Assembly (NCBI GenBank): GCA_965198235.1
Contig: OZ240248.1
Location: 2,368,001-2,432,000 of the forward strand
Direction of reading: 5' to 3'
DNA length: 64,000 nt
DNA from: Candidatus Poribacteria bacterium
GTDB taxonomy: Bacteria; Poribacteria; WGA-4E; WGA-3G
Below, one piece after another: positions 40,745-51,195 of this stretch. The first letter of the stretch is position 1. The number at the start of each line of letters is the position of its first letter. Under the pieces are notes generated by a model. The model was not told where the DNA came from and ran no database searches. It saw only the letters and a list, made by a program, of their open reading frames with translations. The position numbers were made by a program, and so were the translations under genes.

Positions 40745-42691
40745 AGAACGCCCTATTCAACACTTTATCTTCCGCACCAACCTCAAAATCCGCGTCCTCT
40801 ATTTCCGATAGGTTGACATAGAGTTGGTTCTTATCCAGCAGTTCTGCCAGTAGGTGTCTCTGTTTTTCAAGGTCGCCGATGGCGATGAAATCTTCTATTG
40901 CTTCTTCTGGGACTTCAGGGTTGGCGTACCAGTTCAGGAATGCGTTTTCGGCGATGTCTCGCCAGAGTGCTACAAGTGCTTCGGAGGAGTGTGCAGATTG
41001 GATTTTGTCCATATAGGCTTGGTTGTATGGCATCAGTTCGCAATAGATGAAATCATCTTTATTGCTCTGTTCAATCACTTTCCTGACGCGTTCTCTTGTC
41101 ACAGTCTCAACATAGTGCATTTGTTCACAAATGATAAATTTTCGATTTCCACCATCTTTATTTAGTTCCAACACGGCGTGAGCGGTGGTACCACTTCCGC
41201 CGAAAAAGTCTAAAATAATCGCCTCTTTGTCATCTTCTATCACCGAACGCAGACAGTCATAAACATTCCAAAGTGACTTTGGAAAATCGAATTCACAGTC
41301 AGGAACGAGTGATTTAACAAGTTGTGTTCCGTAAATATTAGCATCGTACCTTTTATTTTCCCAAACGGTGCGATACATCCCGAAATCCTTTCCTAACTCT
41401 ATTTCATAACCTTTTTCTGTTTTCCGTGCTCGTAGTAAATGTATAATCTGATCTACGCTCTGTCGCGCATATCTCCATTTACGCTCAACCCCATTTCTAT
41501 CAATTGGGTACACATAACTGCTTTTTTCATGATGGACTGTTTGGGCTGTAGGGTGCTTATCATCATTAAGGACCTCTCCAAACCCGACAATTTTATCATC
41601 TTCCACAATAACAGGATAAAAACAATTCTTTGCATCTTCGCGTCTCGATTCCCCACCCCAGTTTCTGAAATTATTCCAAGTAATTTCTTCAGGAGGGATC
41701 TCCCTATCACCAATTACTTTTTTACCTTGTGGAATAAGAAAAAATGCGTACTCGTGAATATATGAAAAATTTGTTCCTTGGACACCGCGTGGATTGTGAA
41801 CTATAGTAATACAATGTTTTTCACGTTCCGGAAATACCTCATCTAATAAGACCCCAAGATAATTCTGCTCGTTTTCATCAATTGCAACAATCATACTGCC
41901 ATCGTTTCTCAATAACTCTTTAGCGACCTCTAATCTGTTCCTCATAAAAGTTAGCCACGACGAACGCTTGAAATTATTGTTATACATAAAAGTATTCGAT
42001 GGACTATCTGGATTATATGGCGGGTCGATATAAATCAATTTGACCTGTCCACGGAATTGCTGTTTGAGGGTGTGGAGCGCGATGAGGTTGTTACCTTTGA
42101 TGATGAGGTTTTCGCGAATAACCCCGTTCTCGTCCCGCTTAAGTTCGCCAACCTGATTTTCAATATGCTTATCATGAATTACCCCCCCGATTTTGCTGGT
42201 GTTCGCCTTCGGTAGTGTGGCGCTTATAGTTGGTGAGGACCTTTGGATCGAACATGCGGTTGATTTCGTCTTGGGCAAGGATCTCGTTGAAGAAAATCTC
42301 TTTTCGCTTCTCCTCTTCCTTCGTCTGCCCGCCCTCCAAGACGCAATCTTTGTAGGGCCAAACGAGTGAGACTTCGCCGCGCTCACGGAGGAATTTGCCG
42401 CCGATGTTCAAGCCGATTTTGTTGCGGAATTGGGTGTAGGAGTTGGCGAGGAAGTTTTTATCGGTGATGTAGTTAATGAAGGTGTTGTGGTTGAAAATCC
42501 AATGCCCGTCTATCTCGTCAAAGAAGGTTGTCTTTATTTCTTCGTCGGTGAGTAATAGTTTGATGAGGTCGTGGTTGAGTTGCCATGCGTGGTCTCTGAC
42601 GGCGGCGGATAAGTTCGCCTGCGTCGTCAAGGAAGTCGGAATGGGTTTTGAGCAGTGCGGTCAGTTTTTCGTTGAAATTTTCTTTTGGCAT
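40734..42691 (-). pseudogene. mod: Type III DNA methyltransferase Mod with two frameshifts (about 42607 and the G7 tract at 42182-42188)
   Basis: Three consecutive frames: MPKENFNEKL...GELI / AAVRDHAW...EGEHQQNRG / VIHDK...NLIIKGNN...IYIDPPYN...DFFGGSGTT. Confidence 0.85.
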
Positions 42692-42769
42692 AGAGGATGG
42701 TAACCTTCATTTCATTTAGTGTAGCAGTGGCTTGAGGATAGAGTTTTCCTATCAATATAACTTACTTTA

Positions 42770-42798
42770 AGTTTACCATGTATCGAGTGGAAAGTCAA
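42770..42798 (-). promoter_or_regulatory. Sigma70 promoter of the mod-DUF3800 unit
   Basis: Minus strand TTGACT-17 bp-TAAACT. Confidence 0.55.
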
Positions 42799-42940
42799 GG
42801 CGAATGTTTAGTTTTGAGGAGCGATTTAGCGACAAATGAGGGTCGTGACTGAAAGTCGATCCTACAAAGAGACGGTCAGCGATCAGCCGTCAGAAAGAGT
42901 CGGGATTCGGAGATCCCTCCGACAAGAAGGGAGAATTATA

Positions 42941-44479
42941 TCAAGGGACTGGCATTAGATAGAGATAGAAACCTTCGTCATCAACGATTGAACCTATAAA
43001 TTCGGTGAGGAGATTCAGGTTATGCTGTGAAATCAGTTCCGGGTCTAAAGCGCGGTTCATAATAATGAGAATATCCTGGGATGTCTGGTTCCGCAGGGTG
43101 TTTGCCTCCTCAATGACTTGGATGTCCGGGATGTCGACATCATGCATACGGATGTCGTCCCATTTGACAAAGGAACCGTATCGATTGCCGTGTACATAAT
43201 AAATCTGATCTTTTTGGAGGTATCCGACAATGGTGCTGGCGGCGTAATCTATCTCGCCGACCATCTGCATATCTTGCATGTCGTTCACTTGGATATATTC
43301 AGCCACCTGTTTCCCGTAAGAGAAGACGTGTCGGTGCTCCAGGACAATGGCGGTTATACCTCCGATGAAATGACAGATAAAGATGAAGGTAAAAAACGGG
43401 GCAAACAACCGTTGCGGTAATTCGTTAAGAACTTTGAATCGAAGGTCTATCTCAGGGGAGTCTTTATGAATCCAACCGGTCATCAGGAGTGTAATAAACA
43501 AAAATCCGTGGTGCCGCATGCTACCGTAATACTTGATATAAAAAAAAGACAAAAGTCCAAACATCGCCACGAGATATATGAGGAGTGCTGTCGGGTGCTT
43601 GAGTAATAACAGCACACTGCAAAGCATCAGAAGACAGCAGAACGGGATTTGAATGGATTGAAAGAGGGCGTACGTTTCTAATTGGTGCTTGTTCCAAAAA
43701 TTGAGTGAGAACTCGGGAATAGGGAGAAATGCACGAGAAATGAGTTGGATAACCTCGCTGAACTGTTCCGATTCATAGGCAAACTTCCATTCAACAGCAA
43801 AACCTGTATCTGGTGGAGGATTGAGCTGCAAAACCGATGTCGTGATACCGATTCCAATAAGGATGAACCCGATCCAGACGGCTCGTTTATCTTCTGTAGT
43901 CTCGCCTTCTTGGATAAAGGGGTTTAGACGACAACGGTGACAAACGTATTCGCAGCAAAGTGCGACTCCTACTGCTATCGTGAGAATTAAGGCATGGGCA
44001 CTCGTATGTGCAAGAAGGAATAGCACACAACCCACCCAAACAAAGCGTTTGTAACGCTCCTTGAAAAGGATGCAGAGGACGATGATAAGCAGAAGTCCGA
44101 GCGCATAGTTTCTCGCAAGAATAGTATATTCATAGAGAACGAAGTAGCCGAAACAGAAAAGAAATTTCTGGAGAAGGTTGAAAGGCGCGTAGCGAACGAA
44201 GAGATAAATGGTAACCCCTGCAATCAGGAGGTGAAACACCAGCATAATGACAGGAGAGTGCGTAATGCGCGTGAGTGGCATGAGACACAGATGCCACAAG
44301 CCCGGATGTCCCTCATATTTAAGATGCGCGAAAAGCTCGAAGACTGAGCCACTGTCACGGGCGATCAGCCATGCCTGAATCTCGTCGCGCCACATTTCAT
44401 GATGGCTGGCGGTAAACGCGCTTACCCCAAGGAAAAGAAGTGCCAACCCCAAGGCGTAGTGTTTATCCTTTTTGTGCAT
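42941..44479 (-). CDS. Polytopic membrane protein, GT-C glycosyltransferase-like
   Basis: 'HHEMWRDEIQAW', 'YEGHPGLW', 'ARNYAL' and many TM helices. Confidence 0.7.
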   Translation of the reverse strand: MHKKDKHYALGLALLFLGVSAFTASHHEMWRDEIQAWLIARDSGSVFELFAHLKYEGHPGLWHLCLMPLTRITHSPVIMLVFHLLIAGVTIYLFVRYAPFNLLQKFLFCFGYFVLYEYTILARNYALGLLLIIVLCILFKERYKRFVWVGCVLFLLAHTSAHALILTIAVGVALCCEYVCHRCRLNPFIQEGETTEDKRAVWIGFILIGIGITTSVLQLNPPPDTGFAVEWKFAYESEQFSEVIQLISRAFLPIPEFSLNFWNKHQLETYALFQSIQIPFCCLLMLCSVLLLLKHPTALLIYLVAMFGLLSFFYIKYYGSMRHHGFLFITLLMTGWIHKDSPEIDLRFKVLNELPQRLFAPFFTFIFICHFIGGITAIVLEHRHVFSYGKQVAEYIQVNDMQDMQMVGEIDYAASTIVGYLQKDQIYYVHGNRYGSFVKWDDIRMHDVDIPDIQVIEEANTLRNQTSQDILIIMNRALDPELISQHNLNLLTEFIGSIVDDEGFYLYLMPVP

Positions 44480-44507
44480 CGGTTATCACCACTAATTGAC
44501 TATAGTT

Positions 44508-45581
44508 TTATTGGATCGTTAGACTTGAAATCGGCAGCCATAAGCCACCCGTATTCTTTGCGATGAACTTCTGAAACGGTTCATCGCGTCCGATAACATC
44601 TACCTTGATTTTAGCAGTTTTCATCTTCACCATCACGTCTATAGAAGAGTACGCACCGCTTACATATTCGTCTGTGACGAATATGAAATGGACCTCAGCG
44701 TCTTGTCGGAACGTAACCTCATCGGCGGCTCGGATGAGTGCGTCCAGACCGTTCTCGTCTCCGCGGAATTTCAACTGTGCCAGCACCTTCTTAATTTGAG
44801 ACACGGAACGCGTTTGGGGGATTACCTCAAAGTCCAAACCGAGTAGACCGTATCCCGTTCCGGTTCGGAAGGTAACGATGCCGATAGTGAAGTCCATATT
44901 TGCGCTGTCGAAGAGATCCGTCATAGCACTGAGGTGTTCGCGCACTGCGGCAACATCGTTTTTCATACTCCCGCTGCCGTCAATAACAAAGACGATATCA
45001 ACGAGGTCAGAGCCACGGTTTGCGACAATATGCCGTCCTACCTTGGTTAGTGCCAGATCGGGAAGCGTTAGTCCTCCAATGTCGGAAGTGGGTTGCGCAT
45101 TCGTTCCCCCTAAAAAGCCGCGGGTAGCACCAGCTTTGCCGTTCCCTGATATACGTGAACCCACTCCACTTCCTGCACCACTGCTGCCTAATCCTGATAC
45201 AGGTTTCGCCCTTAACCCCTCTCCGTAGGTACGCTCTTCTGAAAGGGAGGAAAGATCGGGTGTTTGTAATTCAACGGTGGTGTCTTGATGCGATACGGGT
45301 GCCGCTGATGTCTGAAGCGCGGGAGGTTGCACCTCGACTGTCTCCATCTGTTGCATATTTTCAGGGACTGTGGAGGGTTGTAGAGGCAGGTGGCGAAGCC
45401 TTTTCAATGGACGCACGGAACTCCGCAATCGAATTTTGATGATGTCAAACTCCGTGACGGGTTTGGGCTGCCAATCGAGTCTTTGTCGATATAAGGTCCC
45501 AAGTAGCGTCATCAGGAGAATATGAAGCCCGATGGAAATGAGAAGGGCATTTGGAATGTTTTTCTTAAAGAGGACCTTCAT
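44508..45581 (-). CDS. Membrane-anchored vWA domain protein
   Basis: N-terminal TM helix 'SIGLHILL', Gly-rich linker, MIDAS 'DGSGSM', 'FVTDE'. Confidence 0.85.
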   Translation of the reverse strand: MKVLFKKNIPNALLISIGLHILLMTLLGTLYRQRLDWQPKPVTEFDIIKIRLRSSVRPLKRLRHLPLQPSTVPENMQQMETVEVQPPALQTSAAPVSHQDTTVELQTPDLSSLSEERTYGEGLRAKPVSGLGSSGAGSGVGSRISGNGKAGATRGFLGGTNAQPTSDIGGLTLPDLALTKVGRHIVANRGSDLVDIVFVIDGSGSMKNDVAAVREHLSAMTDLFDSANMDFTIGIVTFRTGTGYGLLGLDFEVIPQTRSVSQIKKVLAQLKFRGDENGLDALIRAADEVTFRQDAEVHFIFVTDEYVSGAYSSIDVMVKMKTAKIKVDVIGRDEPFQKFIAKNTGGLWLPISSLTIQ

Positions 45582-45960
45582 TTTCGATTTTACCTGCCTT
45601 GATGATGTGTTCAGGTACTGTCTGCAAGTCCAAAAATTATTATAGCACTGTCTATACAGTTATTTCAAGCAAAGAAAAAATTACCGGAATTCGTGGGGAT
45701 TTTATAATATACTTGAGAAAAAAGGTTCTCTTTCGGTACAGGCATACTCCTATTTATGAGATAGGCGCTACTCAATTCTCCGTGTCCATCTCCTGAGTGC
45801 GGTTTACCCCGTGAAGTTGATAGAAAATCTATAACTGGGATGGCTCTGGTCGATTATGAGAAAAAAGTTGACGGAAATGTTAAAATTTGGTATCATATAA
45901 ACGCTGATAAGGAGAGAGTTTCGGTTTATCCAGCAACCGAGTCGGTTTTTAAAAAACGCA

Positions 45961-46067
45961 ATGTTTTGCTACGATTATCCGCGTCCTGAAATTCTACTAC
46001 TAAAACACCGAAACTCGCGTTTGACCATGCTGAAATAATCCGAAAGGCACTGAAAAAACTAAGATGA
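45961..46067 (+). pseudogene. Internally deleted NUDIX hydrolase relic
   Basis: MFCYDYPRP, EILLLK and (other frame) PKLAFDHAEIIRKALKKLR*; its TGA overlaps the next ATG. Confidence 0.6.
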
Positions 46068-46396
46068 AACACTACGGCTTAACGCTGAATCTCAAAAACG
46101 ATCCGTCTGTTATTGAAACGTATAAAGCGTACCACCGAGAGGCATGGCCCGAAGTGATTGATGCGCTAAAATCAGTTGGCATCACGAAAATGAATATCTA
46201 CCTGCTGGGATGCCGTCTGTTTATGGCAATGGAAACGATTGATACCTTTGATATAGGGCGCGATTTTCCGCGCTATCTCGAAGAGAACCCGAAATGCAAA
46301 GCTTGGGATGAGTTGATGAGAACCTTCCAAGAACCAGTAGCGGAGGCACAGCCAGACGAATGGTGGGCACATATGGAGCCTGTCTTTGAATTATAA
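46064..46396 (+). CDS. L-rhamnose mutarotase family
   Basis: 'YKAYH...WPEV...L...GI', 'WWAHMEPVF'. Confidence 0.88.
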   Translation: MKHYGLTLNLKNDPSVIETYKAYHREAWPEVIDALKSVGITKMNIYLLGCRLFMAMETIDTFDIGRDFPRYLEENPKCKAWDELMRTFQEPVAEAQPDEWWAHMEPVFEL

Positions 46397-46403
46397 CGCG
46401 AAA

Positions 46404-47255
46404 ATGAATATATCCTCTCCAATGCCTACGACTTTTCTGTCGGTCGGTCATTTCTGTTATGATGTCTCGCCAAATGGTTATATCCTTGGTGGATCTGCTT
46501 CGTACTCAACACTAATTGCGCGAAACCTCGGGCACTATGCTCGAGCAGTTACGGCTGTTGGCTCGAACTTTGATCGGGAGAATCCACTTTTGGAAGGTAT
46601 CAAGACAGTCTATCATGAATCTTCTGAGACAACAATCTTTGATAACCAATATGACGCAAAGGGACATAGGCAGCAATTTATCCTTGGGAGTGCACAACAA
46701 TTAAAGGGACGCGATATTCCTGTCGAGTGGCGTACGAGTGATATAGCCTACTTGTGTCCGATTGCAAATGAGGTTTCCGCTGAAGTCGTTCACTGTTTTA
46801 GTGATGAAACGTTAATAGGTGCTACACCGCAAGGCTGGCTCCGACAGTGGGATGCCAGCGGTAGGGTTGAGGCAAAGCGGTGGGGGACAGCGAAGGACAT
46901 CTTGCCTCATATTGACGTATTAATTCTGAGTGATGAGGATCTTCGTAGTTATCCGGATGAACTCGAAAAATATATCGGATTAACCTCGATTGTTGTCCTG
47001 ACACAGGGCGCGCAGGGTGCAACCCTTTTTCAAGATGGGACGCAACTTGAATCCGCTGCCTATTCCGTTACAGAGGTAGACCCGACGGGTGCTGGTGATG
47101 TTTTCGCGACCGCCTTTTTGATTAACTATTATCAAAGCCGTTCTGTCAAGGAGGCACTGAACTTCGCACATTGTGTCGCATCTTTCGCTGTAGAAGGGGT
47201 TGGCACCTCTTGCATACCGAAACTCGCACAGGTCATGTCGAGGTTACAGACGTAG
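46404..47255 (+). CDS. PfkB family carbohydrate kinase
   Basis: 'GGSASYS', 'DPTGAGDVFA'. Confidence 0.88.
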   Translation: MNISSPMPTTFLSVGHFCYDVSPNGYILGGSASYSTLIARNLGHYARAVTAVGSNFDRENPLLEGIKTVYHESSETTIFDNQYDAKGHRQQFILGSAQQLKGRDIPVEWRTSDIAYLCPIANEVSAEVVHCFSDETLIGATPQGWLRQWDASGRVEAKRWGTAKDILPHIDVLILSDEDLRSYPDELEKYIGLTSIVVLTQGAQGATLFQDGTQLESAAYSVTEVDPTGAGDVFATAFLINYYQSRSVKEALNFAHCVASFAVEGVGTSCIPKLAQVMSRLQT

Positions 47256-47362
47256 TTCGCGAAAGTTAGGATGTCGTAATTTGTAGGTTAACCTGCAGAA
47301 AAGGCATCAAGATTCAGAGGTCGCTTTTACAAAAATGAATGCTTTCATGAAAAGAGAAAACT

Positions 47363-48253
47363 ATGGCAATTACCTACGACTTCATTGTATACAGCAGTAA
47401 AACATCGACAACGGGGTGGATTCTCGGGATGAAGGCTGTTCACGGGGAGGTGCCACTGGATATCGTCATACCTGACGAGTATGGGTCATCAGATGCTGAC
47501 GATCCCGAAGTCGTCGGCGTTTTAACGACTGAAGGGTTGGAACGCGGGAGCCCCGATGGATTGGAACTCTACCGGTACCTCCGGCAGTTGAATCCAAAGA
47601 AAAATAACTCATTCGGATACAATGAGGTAGTGATTCGGAATATACATGCCCGTCTCAGTGCCCTGAAGGTTGATGAAGAGATACGGGTGCAAGTTACATA
47701 CAGCGAGCGGAGAGAAACTTATACTCTGTTTTCGTATCATATTAAGTTAATCGGCATTTTTGGAGGCACAGATGCCGCCGCGCCGGTTAACCAATCGGAT
47801 GAAATTGCCGCGCCATTTTCACCAGAAAAGAGCCTGCCGCTTCAGGAGCAAAAAAATCTTAGTAATCCAGGACAGCCGGTTTATAAAACAACGAATACCT
47901 TAGAAAAATTAATCAGTTTTACGCAAAATCTCCAAAAAGAGTTGACGCAGACACGCAGGGAACTCGCTGACACGGCTGATAGAGTTCGGCAACTCGAAGA
48001 TGAACGACAGCTGGTTGAAGACGAACGGCGGAGGTTCAGCGAAATGCAGAACCTGATTGAAGACATTCTCGACCGACTCAGCCGCTTGGAGATTTTCGAT
48101 TCACGAATTCAGGACCTTGAGGAGGACCGGCACCAACTCCAATATCTTCAGCAAACCTTGCGGAAATTTCTCTCAGTGTTACACCAGCAGACCCGGATAT
48201 CCCTTCAAGAATACGTTGATAAGACAGAAGACGAGTTGGACGAACGCACTTGA
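47363..48253 (+). CDS. Hypothetical protein with C-terminal coiled coil
   Basis: 296-aa ORF, heptad-rich last 120 aa or so; N-terminal domain not recognised. Confidence 0.7.
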   Translation: MAITYDFIVYSSKTSTTGWILGMKAVHGEVPLDIVIPDEYGSSDADDPEVVGVLTTEGLERGSPDGLELYRYLRQLNPKKNNSFGYNEVVIRNIHARLSALKVDEEIRVQVTYSERRETYTLFSYHIKLIGIFGGTDAAAPVNQSDEIAAPFSPEKSLPLQEQKNLSNPGQPVYKTTNTLEKLISFTQNLQKELTQTRRELADTADRVRQLEDERQLVEDERRRFSEMQNLIEDILDRLSRLEIFDSRIQDLEEDRHQLQYLQQTLRKFLSVLHQQTRISLQEYVDKTEDELDERT

Positions 48254-48294
48254 AAGTGCCCCCGCCATTAGGACAAAAAAAGGAGAGCACCGTT

Positions 48295-49095
48295 ATGATA
48301 AAATTAGGGACTATGTCTCTGAATGTGAGAAATACTACTGCTGCTGCTTTCGCACAAATCGTGTACGATCTCGGTTTTGATGTTATTGAGTTACATTCAA
48401 GCGCGTTTGAATCCACCGATGCAGACTATCTACGAGACTTGAAGAAAGATCTTGCGCGGAAAGGATTACCGTTAGGTTATATCGGGGTTAGCAACAACTT
48501 TGGTCGTCCTGTTGCCGAACATCCGGAACAAGTTGCGCTAATCAAGCAGTGGATTGACGTTGCCGCTTTTATGAGTTGCCCGCTTGTCCGGGTCTTCGCC
48601 GCCTATGTTCCTGAGGACTGCGATGATGAAGAGACTTTATGGCCACCGATGATTGAAGCCTTCAAGGAGGTTGCTGAATACGGCTATGAATCAGGAATCC
48701 TCGTCGGGTTACAGAATCACAACCACAACAACGTTACACGCGATGGTGCTGCTGTTTTACGCGCTCTGAATGAAACGGGTCATCCCTATTTCACACATAT
48801 CTTAGACACTGGACAATATGCAGGATCCCCCGGTGCGAGTGGACACCGAGGCTCCTCACATCCGGGCTACGACTGCTATGCAAGTATTGAGCAGACAGCA
48901 CCGCACGCCGTCTATGTCCGTACGAAGTTTTATCAGATCGATAGCGGTGTGGAGGAATGGTTGGATTACCCTCGCGTTTTAGATATTTTACGAGGGGTTG
49001 ACTATAACGGATGCCTTTCGGTTGTCTATGAAGGTGAATCAGATCCGGTTGACTCCATGCGAAAGGCGAGAAGTTATCTGGATTCCTTATTGTAA
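48295..49095 (+). CDS. Sugar phosphate isomerase/epimerase (xylose isomerase-like TIM barrel)
   Basis: 'LVRVF', 'QNH', 'LDTG', 'YNG.LSVVYEG'; AGGAG RBS. Confidence 0.85.
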   Translation: MIKLGTMSLNVRNTTAAAFAQIVYDLGFDVIELHSSAFESTDADYLRDLKKDLARKGLPLGYIGVSNNFGRPVAEHPEQVALIKQWIDVAAFMSCPLVRVFAAYVPEDCDDEETLWPPMIEAFKEVAEYGYESGILVGLQNHNHNNVTRDGAAVLRALNETGHPYFTHILDTGQYAGSPGASGHRGSSHPGYDCYASIEQTAPHAVYVRTKFYQIDSGVEEWLDYPRVLDILRGVDYNGCLSVVYEGESDPVDSMRKARSYLDSLL

Positions 49096-49124
49096 GCGTA
49101 CTGCACTGTAGAGGGAGCGAAGAC

Positions 49125-50228
49125 ATGAAAACGCGTGCTGCTGTTATGTATGAACATAACCAACCTGTCGTTGTTGAGGAACTTGAATTAGATGATCCGA
49201 AGGAAAACGAGGTTCTCGTTCGCACCGCGGCGAGTGGTGTCTGTCATTCCGATCTATCCGTGGTGACCGGGACGATTTACTACGACGCGGCTGTCGCACT
49301 CGGACACGAGGGGGCTGGCGTGATTGAGCACGTTGGTAGGGATGTAACCGGTTTTCAGCCCGGTGATCCTGTAATTTTGTCTTTTGTGAGTTATTGTGGC
49401 AGTTGTCGGATGTGTCAGATGGAACGGGTTTGCCTCTGCCAAACATACGATGTGCCTCGCGGATTCCTATTGGATGGCACTTACCGTCTCCACAACAGCT
49501 CAGGTGATGGGATTCTCCAGATGGCACGGATCGCAACGATGTCGGAATACATGGTTGTTCCACAACAGAATCTCGTCAAAATTGACCCACATTATTCGTT
49601 AGAGAAAGCCGCACTCGTAGGATGTGGCGTGACGACAGGAGTCGGCGCGGTCCTTAACACCGCAAAGGTTGAGCCCGGCAGCACTGTAGCGGTTATCGGG
49701 ACCGGCGGCGTCGGTTTGAACGCCATCCAAGGTGCCGTGCTGGCACAAGCAGAACGGATTATCGCTGTTGATATTGCGGAGAAGAAACTCAGTTTTGCGA
49801 AAAATTTCGGGGCAACGGATGTCGTTAACGCTGCTGAAGGTGATCCGGTTGAAGCTGTTCGCGAGTTAACAGATGGCTTGGGAGTAGATTACGCATTTGA
49901 GGTCATTGGGAATCCGAAAACGATTGTACAGGCATACGATATGGTCCGGCCTGCTGGGAGTGCCGTCATTGTAGGTATGGCACATCATGAATCCGAATTC
50001 AGCATTCCGGCGCAACGCTTCGTCTCAAGTGAGAAAAGGTTAATCGGTTCGTTTTACGGATCCTGCCAACCACGGGTGGATATGCCGAAACTTCTGAATC
50101 TGTATACAGAAGGCAAATTGAAACTGGATGAACTGATTACACGCCACTATCGACTTGAGCAAATTAATGAGGCTTTTGCGGATATGGAAGCGGGAGAAAA
50201 CGCGCGCGGGGTTATTGTTTTCAATTAA
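49125..50228 (+). CDS. Zn-dependent alcohol dehydrogenase (class III-like)
   Basis: 'GVCHSD', 'GHEGAG', 'GCGVTTG', 'GTGGVG'. Confidence 0.93.
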   Translation: MKTRAAVMYEHNQPVVVEELELDDPKENEVLVRTAASGVCHSDLSVVTGTIYYDAAVALGHEGAGVIEHVGRDVTGFQPGDPVILSFVSYCGSCRMCQMERVCLCQTYDVPRGFLLDGTYRLHNSSGDGILQMARIATMSEYMVVPQQNLVKIDPHYSLEKAALVGCGVTTGVGAVLNTAKVEPGSTVAVIGTGGVGLNAIQGAVLAQAERIIAVDIAEKKLSFAKNFGATDVVNAAEGDPVEAVRELTDGLGVDYAFEVIGNPKTIVQAYDMVRPAGSAVIVGMAHHESEFSIPAQRFVSSEKRLIGSFYGSCQPRVDMPKLLNLYTEGKLKLDELITRHYRLEQINEAFADMEAGENARGVIVFN

Positions 50229-50326
50229 TCCTGTAGGTTGTGTTGGACATTGCGGTTGGGCGTTGTGGCGGTGACCTGTATGATAGAAATGCGGGTGAGT
50301 CAAATACGGCTCAGAGAAGAAGTCTT

Positions 50327-50418
50327 AAAAACCGTACAAATCTCCAATCGCGTTGGACTTCATTAGAAACCGTTGTGAAACGAAGTGGAGCAACGCCCAG
50401 GAGCCAATAAATTAAAAA
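50327..50418 (+). repeat. Dispersed ATTAAAAA-ending element abutting a start codon
   Basis: AAACGAAGTGGAGCAACGCCCAGGAGCCAATAAATTAAAAA|ATG. Confidence 0.75.
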
Positions 50419-51195
50419 ATGAAATCCATACACACAGCGGTTCGAGACCAGTTTAGCCAACATGCCGACTACTACGCGCAGAGTAGCGTACATGCCAAAG
50501 GAAATACGCTAAACGTACTCCTCGACTTTGCAGATCCCAAAGGCACGGAACAGACGTTGGATATTGCGACAGGAACAGGTTTCACGGCGTTTGCCCTCGC
50601 ATCCAAAGTAGCACATGTTGTAGCAACCGACCTAACTCCGGAAATGGTCGAGAAGGCGGTTGAACTTGCACAAGAACAGGCGATAAGGAATATTGCATTT
50701 TCTGTCGCTGCTGCCGAGGCGTTGCCGTTTGCTGATGCCTCGTTGGATTTGGTAACCTGTCGGCTGGCACCCCACCACTTTCAAGATGTCCGGGCATTTT
50801 TAAGCGAGGTCCATCGGGTTTTACGGACAGATGGACTCTTCTGCATGACGGATTCTGTCTCACCGGAATTAGAGAAGCTAATAGCGTGGCAAAACCGCGT
50901 AGAGACACTCCGAGATAACTCGCACGTATACGGCTATCCGCCATCACAATGGGATGCCATGATTACAGGTGCTGGATTTTCTCTTGAAAAGACAGCACAC
51001 GTCCGAAATGCACAGATGTCGTTTCTCTGGTGGGTCCGTCCGGAGAAAAACCCACCGGAGATCGTGCAGGAGATCCGTGATGCGTTTGCGCAACTCTCGC
51101 CTGATGAGGCACGAGAGCACTACACTGTCCGTCCAGAAGGTGATGACTTTTATTTCTCTTGGCCCATGTACATTGTTAAAGCAAAGCGAAGATAG
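50419..51195 (+). CDS. Class I SAM-dependent methyltransferase
   Basis: 'LDIATGTG', 'AEALPF', 'CRLAPHHF', 'RVLR..G'. Confidence 0.9.
   Translation: MKSIHTAVRDQFSQHADYYAQSSVHAKGNTLNVLLDFADPKGTEQTLDIATGTGFTAFALASKVAHVVATDLTPEMVEKAVELAQEQAIRNIAFSVAAAEALPFADASLDLVTCRLAPHHFQDVRAFLSEVHRVLRTDGLFCMTDSVSPELEKLIAWQNRVETLRDNSHVYGYPPSQWDAMITGAGFSLEKTAHVRNAQMSFLWWVRPEKNPPEIVQEIRDAFAQLSPDEAREHYTVRPEGDDFYFSWPMYIVKAKRR

Noticed and set aside
40734-42386. 550-aa ORF as a complete Mod with start at 42386
   Set aside because: Its first ~65 residues are an off-frame read of the upstream mod segment; true homology starts after the G7 tract.
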